From: Bdellovibrionales bacterium
GTDB lineage: Bacteria; Bdellovibrionota; Bdellovibrionia; Bdellovibrionales; UBA1609
Reading direction: 5' to 3'
NCBI GenBank assembly: GCA_050246815.1
Contig: JBFWVI010000025.1
Span: 1 to 45,368, forward strand
Length of the DNA: 45,368 bases
Shown: piece by piece, positions 9,525 to 18,659 of the stretch
How the letters are laid out: each line of letters starts with the position of its first letter
How positions within the stretch are numbered: the stretch's first letter is position 1
The notes under the pieces: generated by a model
Seen by the model: the letters and a program-made list of their open reading frames with translations, nothing else
What the model was told of the DNA's origin: nothing
The model's database searches: none
Made by a program: the position numbers and the translations under genes

Positions 9525-10481
9525 ATGCAGGTTTTCAGTGGTGCAAAACAAGTTCAGGGTTTGGGCGGCCCCAGTGTGGTGGCTTTGGGCAACTTTGATG
9601 GCCTGCATCTGGGCCACCAAGCGCTCATCCGGCGCGTATTGGATTTGGCGAAGGCCGAGGGGCTTAAAAGTGTGGTGTACACCTTTGACCCTCATCCGGT
9701 GACAGTCTTGCACCCTGAAAAAAACCACCAAAACCTATTTACACGGCAGGATTTGGTCGAGCAATTGACCTGGTTGGGGGTGGAAAATCTGATTTTAGAG
9801 CCCTTCACTCACGCCTTCGCCAAACTTTCACCCAACGAGTTTTTACGCCAATACCTGATTGAGCCTTTGCACCCACGCCATTTGGTGATTGGCCAAGACT
9901 TCGCATTCGGCAATCAGCGCCAAGGTTCCATCGACCTTTTACGAGAGCAATCCATAGGCGGTGGTTTTCAAGTGCAGGTGATTAAACCGGTGCTGGTGGA
10001 ACAGGCGTTGGTTTCAAGTTCGCGAATCCGGTTGGCCCTGGCCGCCGGAGATGTCGTGCTGGCGCGAAAACTTTTAGGCCGGCCCTTCGCTTCGCACGGA
10101 GTGGTGATCACCGGGGCTGGACGGGGCCGCACCATCGGAGTGCCAACCGCCAACATGCAGATTCACGACACCCTTTTGCCCAAGCGAGGTGTTTATTTGA
10201 CAAAGGCTTGGGTGAACGGGCTTGCCCACCCCGCCGTTACCAACGTTGGCATTGCGCCCACCTTCAACGGTGAAAATGCGCCGCTGTGGCTTGAAACCCA
10301 TATCTTAGACCAGAACCTGGGGCTTGTTGGTTCCCGTTTGCGCCTTGAGTTCATATCCTATCTACGAGAAGAAAAACGTTTTTCTGCGGTCGAAGAGCTG
10401 GTTCAGCAAATCGCCCGCGATATTCAAAAGGCGCGTGAACTTTGGGATTTAAACGATGAAATGGGCCGTTCTAGGCCATAA
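9525..10481 (+). CDS. ribF: Bifunctional riboflavin kinase/FAD synthetase
   Basis: GNFDGLHLGHQ, TFDPHP, GQDFAFG, VSSSRIR, GRTIGVPTAN, GVY, ETHILD, LREEKRF. Confidence 0.97.
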   Translation: MQVFSGAKQVQGLGGPSVVALGNFDGLHLGHQALIRRVLDLAKAEGLKSVVYTFDPHPVTVLHPEKNHQNLFTRQDLVEQLTWLGVENLILEPFTHAFAKLSPNEFLRQYLIEPLHPRHLVIGQDFAFGNQRQGSIDLLREQSIGGGFQVQVIKPVLVEQALVSSSRIRLALAAGDVVLARKLLGRPFASHGVVITGAGRGRTIGVPTANMQIHDTLLPKRGVYLTKAWVNGLAHPAVTNVGIAPTFNGENAPLWLETHILDQNLGLVGSRLRLEFISYLREEKRFSAVEELVQQIARDIQKARELWDLNDEMGRSRP

Positions 10482-11334
10482 TATCCTGGAATCCCGCTAC
10501 AAGGTGCTCAGCGATTTTTTGCGCCAAAAGGGCGTCGAAAACCAACTGAACATTGTCGAATGCGCCAATGTTGAATTTCAAGATCGCTTGAATGAGGTGA
10601 TGAAGGACTCGGATCAAATCCGCATCGAATCACCCTTTCGCGAACAAATCATGAGTCTATTCAAGTCGCAGCCCATGATGGTGGCTTCGATCGGGGCGGC
10701 CGATTGTTTGGTCAAGCGGGATGGCAAATGGTGGCCTGAAACCAGCTTATTTTACGCCTTCAACCAGTTGTTTTCACTTTACGGGGCGGGGCTCGATTTG
10801 GATGGCGAGGTTTTAATTGTGGGAGGCGGTGCAGGAGCCAAGTTCGCGGTGGCTTCCGCTCTTCGTGCGGGTTTTTCGAAAGTCAATGTGACCACTAAAT
10901 TCGATGATCAGGGTATCAGTTTGATCACCGATTTAAGACGCCGTTATTTTGGGGCTCAGTTTGAGTTTGTGCCGCAAGATCGCTTGGTGCTGTTGCCTGG
11001 TACCAACTCGCTTTTGATCAACACCACGCCTTTGGTCCCGTCCAATGATCTTTTGGCCGAGCTTTATTACCTCAATTTTCTGCGCCAAGACGGCATGATC
11101 TGGGATTTGGTGGTGTCGCCGGGCAACACCCAGTTGATCCGCGAAGGCGAGCAAATCAACATCAAGTGCGTGCGCGGCCGAGAAGTTTCGGCACTTTCGG
11201 ACCATGTCTGGCTGAGCTGGGCTTTGGCCAACCCTCCTGACAGCCAAGAACTTTTGCAGCAGTATGTTGCCAGTTTCAATGACAGTGAAAATCCCCCGCC
11301 CCCCGCCGGTGAAAAAAGTCGGACCTTGGCCTAG
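10456..11334 (+). CDS. Shikimate dehydrogenase (AroE)-like protein with degenerate active site
   Basis: AVLGH N-terminus, VLIVGGGAGA Rossmann loop, LLINTTP and WDLVV align by eye to the AroE fold. NVTxPxK reads RIESPFR, GAVNT reads GAADC, and the NTD motif is absent. Confidence 0.7.
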   Translation: MKWAVLGHNILESRYKVLSDFLRQKGVENQLNIVECANVEFQDRLNEVMKDSDQIRIESPFREQIMSLFKSQPMMVASIGAADCLVKRDGKWWPETSLFYAFNQLFSLYGAGLDLDGEVLIVGGGAGAKFAVASALRAGFSKVNVTTKFDDQGISLITDLRRRYFGAQFEFVPQDRLVLLPGTNSLLINTTPLVPSNDLLAELYYLNFLRQDGMIWDLVVSPGNTQLIREGEQINIKCVRGREVSALSDHVWLSWALANPPDSQELLQQYVASFNDSENPPPPAGEKSRTLA

Positions 11335-11390
11335 TTACAAAAAACGGCACCGCAGGTTAACCTAAGATCGCTGATAATACGGAGGAATTC

Positions 11391-13112
11391 ATGTCTGTTC
11401 GCAAGGGTTTGGGCGAACTGTTGGTCCGCGAAAATTTGATCAACATGACCCAGCTTGACGAGGCCCGCCGGGAGCAGAAAGTTTCCGGGGGCAAGTTGAC
11501 TAGCGCGTTGGTGCGTTTGGGGCTGGTGCGCGAGTCCGAACTGGTGGATTTTCTTGGCAAGCAGTTCAGCCTTCCCACCATTGATTTGTTTAATTTCGAA
11601 ATCGACCCGGAAGCGGTTAAATTGGTGCCCAAGCAGTTTTGCGAAAAGCATTCGATCATGCCGGTTTCAAAGGCCGGTAAAAATTTGGTGGTGGCTTTCG
11701 CGGACCCTTCGAATGTCTTTGTGAAAGATGATTTGGCACTTTTGACTCGCCATAAAATTGATGTGGTGATTGCCTCTGAAGGTGCCATTAACACCAGCAT
11801 TGAAAAACATTATGGCTCCACCTCGGCCCGCCTTGAAAACGTCATGTCCGAGATCGAGGAAACTGAAGATGTGGTGGGCGGTGGGCAGGCCCAAGCGCAA
11901 GTCGAGGTGGTCGACCAGGAGGTCGGTCGCGATGAGGCGCCCATCGTGAAGTTTGTCAATCTGATGCTGGCCGAAGCAATCAAGATTAAAGCGTCCGATA
12001 TTCACGTCGAGCCCTATGAAAAACGCTTCCGGATTCGCTTTCGCGTGGACGGCGGACTGGTCGAAAAGACTCAGCCGCCTCCGGGCGCGGCCGCCGCGAT
12101 CGTCAGCCGTCTGAAAATTCTTTCAAAGATGGACATTGGTGAAAAACGCCGCCCCCAGGACGGTCGTTTGAAGGTGCGTCTGAAAAACGGTCGTGAAATC
12201 GATTTTCGGGTGAACTGTTTGCCGACATTGTTTGGTGAAAAAATCGTGTTGCGTCTATTGGACAAAAGTAACTTGCAGGTCGATATGACCAAGCTGGGCA
12301 TGGAAGAAGAAGAGCTGGCTCTGCTAAAGGAGACCTTGAATCGTCCGCAAGGATTGCTGTTGATCACGGGGCCTACGGGCTCTGGAAAAACCACCACAAT
12401 TTATTCTGGATTGGCGGAATTGAACAAGCCCGACGTGAACATTTCGACCGCTGAAGATCCGGTGGAGTTCAACTTGGATGGCATTAACCAGGTGCAAGTG
12501 AATTCGCAAATCGGATTCACTTTCGCCGAAGCGCTTCGCGCTTTTTTACGTCAGGATCCTGAAGTCATCATGGTCGGTGAGATTCGTGACTTGGAAACCG
12601 CGGAAGTGGCCTTTAAGGCAGCCTCAACGGGTCATTTGGTGGTCAGCACGCTGCATACCAACGATGCGGCTTCCACGATCACTCGCTTGGTCGACATGGG
12701 CGTTCCGCCCTACATGGTGGCCGAGGCCACCTCACTTTGTGTGGCGCAACGTTTGATGCGTAAGAACTGCCCCAACTGCAGCGAAGAACATCGCGTGCCG
12801 CCGGATGTTTTGTTGAATTTAGGTGTGCCCGAAGCCGATCTTGGCTTGTACACAGGCTTGCGCAAGGGTGAAGGCTGCGAAGTGTGCGGCGGTTCAGGGC
12901 TGAAAGGCCGGATGGCGATCTTCGAAGTGATGCGCATCACCGCGGCCGTTAAAGACGCCATTTTCAAAAGCGCTTCGCCACTTGAATTAAAACGTCACGC
13001 GATCGCCCATGACAAAATGCGAACTTTGCGGGGCGCCGCTCTTTTGAAATTGCGTGCGGGTTTGACCACCATCGAAGAGGTTTTGAACTCTTCAGTCAGG
13101 GACGACGTATGA
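11391..13112 (+). CDS. pilB: Type IV pilus assembly ATPase PilB
   Basis: MshEN-like N-terminus, ASDIHVEP, GPTGSGKTTT, TAEDPVE, LRQDPEVIMVGEIRD, TGHLVVSTLHTND, CPNC/CEVC zinc motif; GGAGG RBS. Confidence 0.97.
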   Translation: MSVRKGLGELLVRENLINMTQLDEARREQKVSGGKLTSALVRLGLVRESELVDFLGKQFSLPTIDLFNFEIDPEAVKLVPKQFCEKHSIMPVSKAGKNLVVAFADPSNVFVKDDLALLTRHKIDVVIASEGAINTSIEKHYGSTSARLENVMSEIEETEDVVGGGQAQAQVEVVDQEVGRDEAPIVKFVNLMLAEAIKIKASDIHVEPYEKRFRIRFRVDGGLVEKTQPPPGAAAAIVSRLKILSKMDIGEKRRPQDGRLKVRLKNGREIDFRVNCLPTLFGEKIVLRLLDKSNLQVDMTKLGMEEEELALLKETLNRPQGLLLITGPTGSGKTTTIYSGLAELNKPDVNISTAEDPVEFNLDGINQVQVNSQIGFTFAEALRAFLRQDPEVIMVGEIRDLETAEVAFKAASTGHLVVSTLHTNDAASTITRLVDMGVPPYMVAEATSLCVAQRLMRKNCPNCSEEHRVPPDVLLNLGVPEADLGLYTGLRKGEGCEVCGGSGLKGRMAIFEVMRITAAVKDAIFKSASPLELKRHAIAHDKMRTLRGAALLKLRAGLTTIEEVLNSSVRDDV

Positions 13113-14176
13113 TTACTCTTCACCAGTTGCTGAAAGCAGCGGTGAAACAGGGCGCTTCGGACTTGCACATTGTGGCGGGTTCGCCTCCTGTTTTGCGTGT
13201 GGAGAGTCGAGTGGTTCGAGTGAAGACCGGTGAGTTGACCAATGATGATGCCCGGTCACTCTGCTATTCGATTTTGACCGACTCACAAAAGAGCCGCTTT
13301 GAGGCCACCAAAGAAATCGACTTTAGCTTTGCGGTGACCGGCCTCGGTCGTTTTCGTGCCAACTTGTTTTTCCAGCGCAGTACAGTTTCCGGTGTTTTCC
13401 GCCGCATCAACGCTGAAATCCCACAGGCCGAGATGCTTGGATTGCCTAAGGCGATTCACGAGTTGACGCAATACCCGACGGGATTAGTGGTGGTCACGGG
13501 CCCCACGGGCTCAGGCAAATCTACGACCATTGCGTCGATGATCGATAAAATCAACACCGAGATTCGCGGCCACATCATTACTTTAGAGGATCCGATCGAA
13601 TACATCCACACGCACAAAAACTGCATTGTCAATCAGCGCGAAATCGGCACGGATTCGGCCAGCTTCCGTATTGCACTTCGCCAGGTTTTGCGACAAGACC
13701 CAGATGTAGTTGTGCTGGGCGAGTTGCGCGATCTGGAAACAATTGAATCGGCGCTGACTGTGGCTGAAACAGGCCACTTGGTTATCGCCACTTTGCACAC
13801 CAACTCGGCCGTGCAAACAATCTCGCGCATTGTGGGTGTGTTCCCTTCAGAGCAACAAGATCGCATTCGGGTGCAGCTGAGCTTTGTCTTAAAGGCTATT
13901 ATCGCGCAGCGCTTAGTGCCGTCCACCAAGGGCGGAATGGTTCCGGCATTGGAGCTGTTGATCCTGAATCCCAACGTTCAAAACTTGATCCGTGAGAATA
14001 AAATGCACCAAGTCTATGGCATGATGCAGGTGGGGCAAGACAAGACCGGCATGGTCACTTTGAATCAATCGCTTTTGAAATTGATATTAAAACGCAAGAT
14101 CGATGTATCCACGGCGTTTGCCAACAGCAATGATCCCGAAGAGCTGGATAAACTTCTTAAGCAGGCGGGCGTGTAG
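13109..14176 (+). CDS. pilT: Type IV pilus retraction ATPase PilT
   Basis: GASDLHI, GPTGSGKSTT, EDPIEY, NQREIG, LRQDPDV, NLIRE motif; ATGA overlap with pilB. Confidence 0.96.
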   Translation: MITLHQLLKAAVKQGASDLHIVAGSPPVLRVESRVVRVKTGELTNDDARSLCYSILTDSQKSRFEATKEIDFSFAVTGLGRFRANLFFQRSTVSGVFRRINAEIPQAEMLGLPKAIHELTQYPTGLVVVTGPTGSGKSTTIASMIDKINTEIRGHIITLEDPIEYIHTHKNCIVNQREIGTDSASFRIALRQVLRQDPDVVVLGELRDLETIESALTVAETGHLVIATLHTNSAVQTISRIVGVFPSEQQDRIRVQLSFVLKAIIAQRLVPSTKGGMVPALELLILNPNVQNLIRENKMHQVYGMMQVGQDKTGMVTLNQSLLKLILKRKIDVSTAFANSNDPEELDKLLKQAGV

Positions 14177-15394
14177 ATGAGTTCATATGAGTTTCAGGCG
14201 AAGTCCTCGGACGGTCGCACGGTTAAAGGTGAATTGGACGCAGCCAACGAAACAGAGGCGCGTGTTAAATTGCGCGCGCAAAAACTGATTCCCCTGACAG
14301 TCGCCCCTAAAGGTGCCACTAAACGACAAGCCGTTGCCGCCAAGGGCAGTCGAGTTAAGGTGAAACCCAAAGATCTACAGGTGTTCACGCGTCAATTCGC
14401 TGTGCTGGTGGGATCTGGTGTGCCGATTTTACAAAGTCTTGAGGCCATGGCGGCGGGGGGGCGTAGTCCCAATATTACGATCGCCGTACGCGGAGTGTAT
14501 GAAGCCGTTAGTCGTGGTCGGCCCCTGGCCGAGGCCATGGCGGCGTACCCCGGTGCTTTTGATCGCTTGTATGTGAATTTAGTTCGCGCGGGTGAAGAAG
14601 GTGGTGTGTTGGACACCGTGCTGAATCGCTTAGCCGAATACATTGAAAAGTCAGTGAAGCTGCGTGGTAAAATTACCGGTGCCCTTTGGTATCCTGCTGC
14701 AATCATCGCCGTGGCGATCTTGGTGATCTCGGGGATCATGATTTTCGTGATTCCTAGTTTTGTGAAGATGTTTTCGCAGTCGGGGCAAGAGCTACCCGCT
14801 TTGACCCAATTTGTGATCGATGTCAGCAATGTGTTCAAGAATTATTGGTGGGCCATGCTGGGCGTGACTATTGGCACGGTGTTTGGCTTGAAAAGTTACT
14901 ATGAAACCGATGATGGTCGCAAAGTGATCGACCGGGTGTTGATTGAGATTCCTTTGTTTGGCACTTTAATTCAACGTGGTGCGATAGCACGCGTGTCGCG
15001 AACGCTTTCCACTCTGCTGGGGGCAGGTGTGCGGATCATGGATGCTTTGGACATCGCGGGAGCAACGGCGGGAAATTGGGTGATCGAAAAGGCTTTGATC
15101 GATGCCAAGGATGTGGTTTCGCGCGGTCGAGCCCTTGCGGAGCCCCTTTCAAAAGTTAAATACTTCCCCAGCATGGTCACTCAAATGATCTCGATTGGTG
15201 AGCAAACAGGTAATATCGACACCATGCTTTCAAAGGTGGCGGATTTTTATGAGGATGAAGTGGAAGCCGCGGCAGATGCCATGACCAGCATGATCGAGCC
15301 TCTTTTGATGGTGTTTTTAGGCGGCATTATCGCGGTGATTGTGATCGCGATGTACTTGCCGGTGTTCAGTCTGGCGGGAGCCGTGACAGGATAA
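14177..15394 (+). CDS. pilC: Type IV pilus platform protein PilC (GspF family)
   Basis: FTRQFAVLVGSGVPI, AGEEGGVLD, ALWYP, GEQTGNID, IEPLLMVFLG...AMYLPVF. Confidence 0.96.
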   Translation: MSSYEFQAKSSDGRTVKGELDAANETEARVKLRAQKLIPLTVAPKGATKRQAVAAKGSRVKVKPKDLQVFTRQFAVLVGSGVPILQSLEAMAAGGRSPNITIAVRGVYEAVSRGRPLAEAMAAYPGAFDRLYVNLVRAGEEGGVLDTVLNRLAEYIEKSVKLRGKITGALWYPAAIIAVAILVISGIMIFVIPSFVKMFSQSGQELPALTQFVIDVSNVFKNYWWAMLGVTIGTVFGLKSYYETDDGRKVIDRVLIEIPLFGTLIQRGAIARVSRTLSTLLGAGVRIMDALDIAGATAGNWVIEKALIDAKDVVSRGRALAEPLSKVKYFPSMVTQMISIGEQTGNIDTMLSKVADFYEDEVEAAADAMTSMIEPLLMVFLGGIIAVIVIAMYLPVFSLAGAVTG

Positions 15395-15395
15395 T

Positions 15396-17075
15396 ATGCG
15401 CTCGTTTGAAGTCATACATGGTGGAGCGGCCTTGCCGGGAACAACAAGTTCTGGAGAGCAGCGCTTGCTCTTGGTCCACGGCCTGCGTTCGGGCCTTTTA
15501 GTCGCCGTGTTTTTGCTGGCGCAGATTTTTCAATTGCTACAGCATGGTTTTTTAAGCCCCGCCATTTGGCTACCGGTCTATGCGGTTTTGGCGTTGCTGT
15601 TCTTATTGAACAGCGCTTATTTTTTGTTCGCGGAGTGGTTTGAACGGCGCGCATGGGTGCATGGGGCCCTTTTTGGATTGGACGCCGTGGCGATCACACT
15701 ATTAGTGCATTATACGGGGGCTTCACAGTCGATTTTCTTTTTCTTGTACATGGTCGACATCATATTGGCCGGGTTGGTTTTTCAGAAGCGCGGGGCCTTC
15801 ACCCAAGCCCTGTGGACTTCGTTGCTGTTTGGAATGCTGTTGCTGCTAGCGCCACAGGCCGGCCGCGAGAACATCTATTTCTTGGCGACCTTGAACAACC
15901 TGGCCTTCTTTTCAGTGGCTTATTTAAGTGGCAATTTGAGTGAGCAGATCAATTTCATGGGCACCGAACTTAAGCGCACCACTCGCAGTCTAGAAATTCT
16001 AAAAGACCTCAACAAATTGATCGTTGAAAACATCGGCACTGGCTTAGTGACCGTGGATGGCGATGGAAAAATTTTGACTAGCAATTCGGCAGCACAATCC
16101 ATTTTAGATGGATTAAACTTGGTGGGTCGCGATATCAACACCTTGTTTCCGGCTTTGCGCCTGGGTGTGAACGTGGTGGCACTCAAAAGCAAGGGCCAAG
16201 AAATTCGCCATGAGGATGTGACCTTCATCAATCGAAGTCGTGAAAAACTTCAGATCGAAGTGGTAATTTCGCCCTTAAAGGATGAGCGCGCCAAGCCTCA
16301 GGGCTACGTGCTGATGTTCCAAGACCGCACTGAGGTTCGTCGTTTAGAATCGGCCATGCGACAAAAAGAAAAGCTGGCCGCCGTTGGACAGTTGGCCGCT
16401 GGCATCGCCCATGAGATCCGCAATCCGCTGGCCTCATTAAGTGGCAGTGTGCAGTTGATGATCGCTCAACCCGAGAAATACGGAGCCGATGACTTAAAGC
16501 TGATGAAGATTATCACCCGCGAAATCGATCGCTTAAATGATTTGATCACGGAATTTTTGGACTACGTTCGTCCAGAAGCTCAACCCGATCAACTGATCGA
16601 TGTCAACCGGGTGTTGCGCGAAGCCCTTGAAGTCGCCAAGCCAAATCCGCAAATGAGCGAGCGCCTTGACCAGCGCGCGGAATTAAAGGCCAAGTCCTCG
16701 ATTCAGGGTCATCCTGACAAGCTGAAGCAGGCGTTTTTGAACATCATCATCAACGCCTATCAGTCGATGGAAAAATCCGAGCAGCCCGCCTTAAAGATCG
16801 AAAGCTTTGACGTGAAGGACCAAGTTGTGGTGGTGGTCAAAGACCAAGGCAATGGCATGGACGAAGTTACTTTAGCGCGATTATTTGAGCCTTTTTACAC
16901 CACTAAACCCAAAGGAACTGGGTTGGGCCTGGCGGTGACTCATAAAATTTTAGAGAATCACAAAGCCCAGGTGCAAGTGGCCAGCCAATTGGGCCAGGGG
17001 ACAACATTTACGATTACTTTTCCAGGGGTGCGCGACACTTATGACCCCAATGTACCGACCGCAAGAGAAGCGTGA
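15396..17075 (+). CDS. pilS: Sensor histidine kinase PilS
   Basis: Multi-TM N-terminus (LLVHYTGASQSIFFFLY), PAS-like region, AAGIAHEIRNPL, EPFYTTKPKGTGLGL; position between pilC and pilR. Confidence 0.9.
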   Translation: MRSFEVIHGGAALPGTTSSGEQRLLLVHGLRSGLLVAVFLLAQIFQLLQHGFLSPAIWLPVYAVLALLFLLNSAYFLFAEWFERRAWVHGALFGLDAVAITLLVHYTGASQSIFFFLYMVDIILAGLVFQKRGAFTQALWTSLLFGMLLLLAPQAGRENIYFLATLNNLAFFSVAYLSGNLSEQINFMGTELKRTTRSLEILKDLNKLIVENIGTGLVTVDGDGKILTSNSAAQSILDGLNLVGRDINTLFPALRLGVNVVALKSKGQEIRHEDVTFINRSREKLQIEVVISPLKDERAKPQGYVLMFQDRTEVRRLESAMRQKEKLAAVGQLAAGIAHEIRNPLASLSGSVQLMIAQPEKYGADDLKLMKIITREIDRLNDLITEFLDYVRPEAQPDQLIDVNRVLREALEVAKPNPQMSERLDQRAELKAKSSIQGHPDKLKQAFLNIIINAYQSMEKSEQPALKIESFDVKDQVVVVVKDQGNGMDEVTLARLFEPFYTTKPKGTGLGLAVTHKILENHKAQVQVASQLGQGTTFTITFPGVRDTYDPNVPTAREA

Positions 17076-17113
17076 TTTAAAATGAAAATGGATAAGCAAC
17101 GAGGGGAAAGACA

Positions 17114-18526
17114 ATGAAACCAAGAATTCTAGTAGTTGATGACGAGGAATCGATCCGCGAGTTTCTTGAAATCATGCTGCGTAAAGAGGGCTATGAAGTG
17201 ACTTGTGCCGAGGACGGCAAAGTGGCGCTGGAGATGCTCAAAAAGCGCTCTTTTGACATGGTGATTTCGGATATGCAAATGCCAAACGTAACGGGTATCG
17301 AGCTTCTGAAGGAAGTGAAGAATCAATACCCGGATATGTTGTTTATGATGATCACGGCATTCGGCACTACGGAAACTGCGGTCGAAGCAATGAAGTTTGG
17401 CGCTTATGACTACATCTTAAAGCCCTTCAAGATCGATGAAGTGCGCATCAATATCGCCAACGCGCTTCGCTCACAGAACTTGGAAGTCGAAAACAGAACT
17501 CTTAAAAAAGAACTGAACAAAGAATACAGTTTCCAAAATTTGGTGGGCAACTCGGACACCATGCATCGCATTTATGACCTGGTCAGAAGGGTTTCGCAAA
17601 CTCCAACTAATGTGTTGGTTACGGGTGAAAGCGGCACAGGCAAAGAGGTGGTAGCCAAGGCCATCCACTACAACGGACCGTTGAAGGACAAACCGTTTGT
17701 CACGATCAACTGCGGTGCCATCCCTGAAAGCTTGATGGAATCCGAAATGTTCGGTCACAAGAAGGGCTCATTCACGGGCGCCATCGCAGACAAAGCGGGA
17801 CTTTTTGAGGTGGCTGACGGGGGCTCGCTGTTCTTGGATGAAGTGGGTGAATTGCCATTGACGATTCAAGTGAAGCTGTTGCGAGCAATCCAAGAGCGCG
17901 TCATTCGCCGCGTGGGTGGGACCGATGACACCAAGGTAGATGTGCGGATCATCGCCGCCACCAATCGCGAGTTGGAGGAGATGGTCAAGGTCGGCACCTT
18001 TCGCCAAGATTTGTATTATCGTTTGAATGTCATCAACATCAAAACGCCGCCTTTGCGTGACCGTCCTGACGACATTCCACTTTTGGCTGCTCATTTTTTA
18101 AAAAAGTACAACGATCGTTTGGGTAAAAGTATTCAAGGCATCAGCGAAGAAGCCATGGAGATGATGAAGAAGTATGATTACCCGGGTAACGTGCGGGAAC
18201 TTGAAAACATCATCGAGCGCACTGTTGCCCTTGAGGGCGGGGCCACCATCCTGCCAGAGAGTTTGCCGCCCTTTGTGAACACACCCTCGGGCCGCAAAAT
18301 GGCTTCTGCCCACGAGATTGTGGTGACGGATGACGGTTTGGATTTGGACAAAGTGATGGGGCAGATTGAAAAAGAGCTACTCGTCAAAGCCATCCATGCT
18401 GCGGGCGGAGTCAAAAAGAAGGCCGCCAAACTACTCAATATCACCTTCCGTTCGATGCGTTACCGAGTCGAAAAATACAACCTCGGCACCATAGGCGACG
18501 ACGAACTAGACGACGAAGCCGGATAA
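17114..18526 (+). CDS. pilR: Sigma54-dependent response regulator PilR
   Basis: REC domain, [14 protein letters not shown] (PilR-type), FRQDLYYRLNV, AAKLLNITFRSMRYR HTH; synteny with pilBTCS. Confidence 0.92.
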   Translation: MKPRILVVDDEESIREFLEIMLRKEGYEVTCAEDGKVALEMLKKRSFDMVISDMQMPNVTGIELLKEVKNQYPDMLFMMITAFGTTETAVEAMKFGAYDYILKPFKIDEVRINIANALRSQNLEVENRTLKKELNKEYSFQNLVGNSDTMHRIYDLVRRVSQTPTNVLVTGESGTGKEVVAKAIHYNGPLKDKPFVTINCGAIPESLMESEMFGHKKGSFTGAIADKAGLFEVADGGSLFLDEVGELPLTIQVKLLRAIQERVIRRVGGTDDTKVDVRIIAATNRELEEMVKVGTFRQDLYYRLNVINIKTPPLRDRPDDIPLLAAHFLKKYNDRLGKSIQGISEEAMEMMKKYDYPGNVRELENIIERTVALEGGATILPESLPPFVNTPSGRKMASAHEIVVTDDGLDLDKVMGQIEKELLVKAIHAAGGVKKKAAKLLNITFRSMRYRVEKYNLGTIGDDELDDEAG

Positions 18527-18530
18527 AGAC

Positions 18531-18557
18531 ACCAAAAGGTGCCTGGCACCTTTTGGT
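18531..18557. repeat. Perfect 13-bp inverted repeat (REP-like element or terminator) after pilR
   Basis: ACCAAAAGGTGCC-T-GGCACCTTTTGGT, starting 5 nt after the pilR stop. Confidence 0.8.
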
Positions 18558-18625
18558 TTAGCGATGCGTCATGACTCAATTTGGGATGCTAAAGCTAGGC
18601 TTTGCTTAAGAATGCTGGCCTAGCT

Positions 18626-18659
18626 CAAAGTCCGAACGCCCTGCTCCGATAATATTGAT
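18626..18659 (+). promoter_or_regulatory. Putative sigma28 (FliA) promoter, leaderless geometry
   Basis: CAAAG(18626-30)-N14-TCCGATAA(18645-52)-N7-GTG(18660); near-consensus match to TAAAG-N14-GCCGATAA; no SD. Confidence 0.65.

Noticed and set aside
11351..11377. CGCAG-N14-GCTGATAA as a sigma28 promoter for pilB
   Set aside because: The spacing fits, but the predicted TSS would fall inside the GGAGG RBS and the -10 has a mismatch. Too ambiguous to call.
18593..18625. AGCTAGGC...GCCTAGCT inverted repeat
   Set aside because: 8-bp arms with a long loop and no U-tract; function unsupported.
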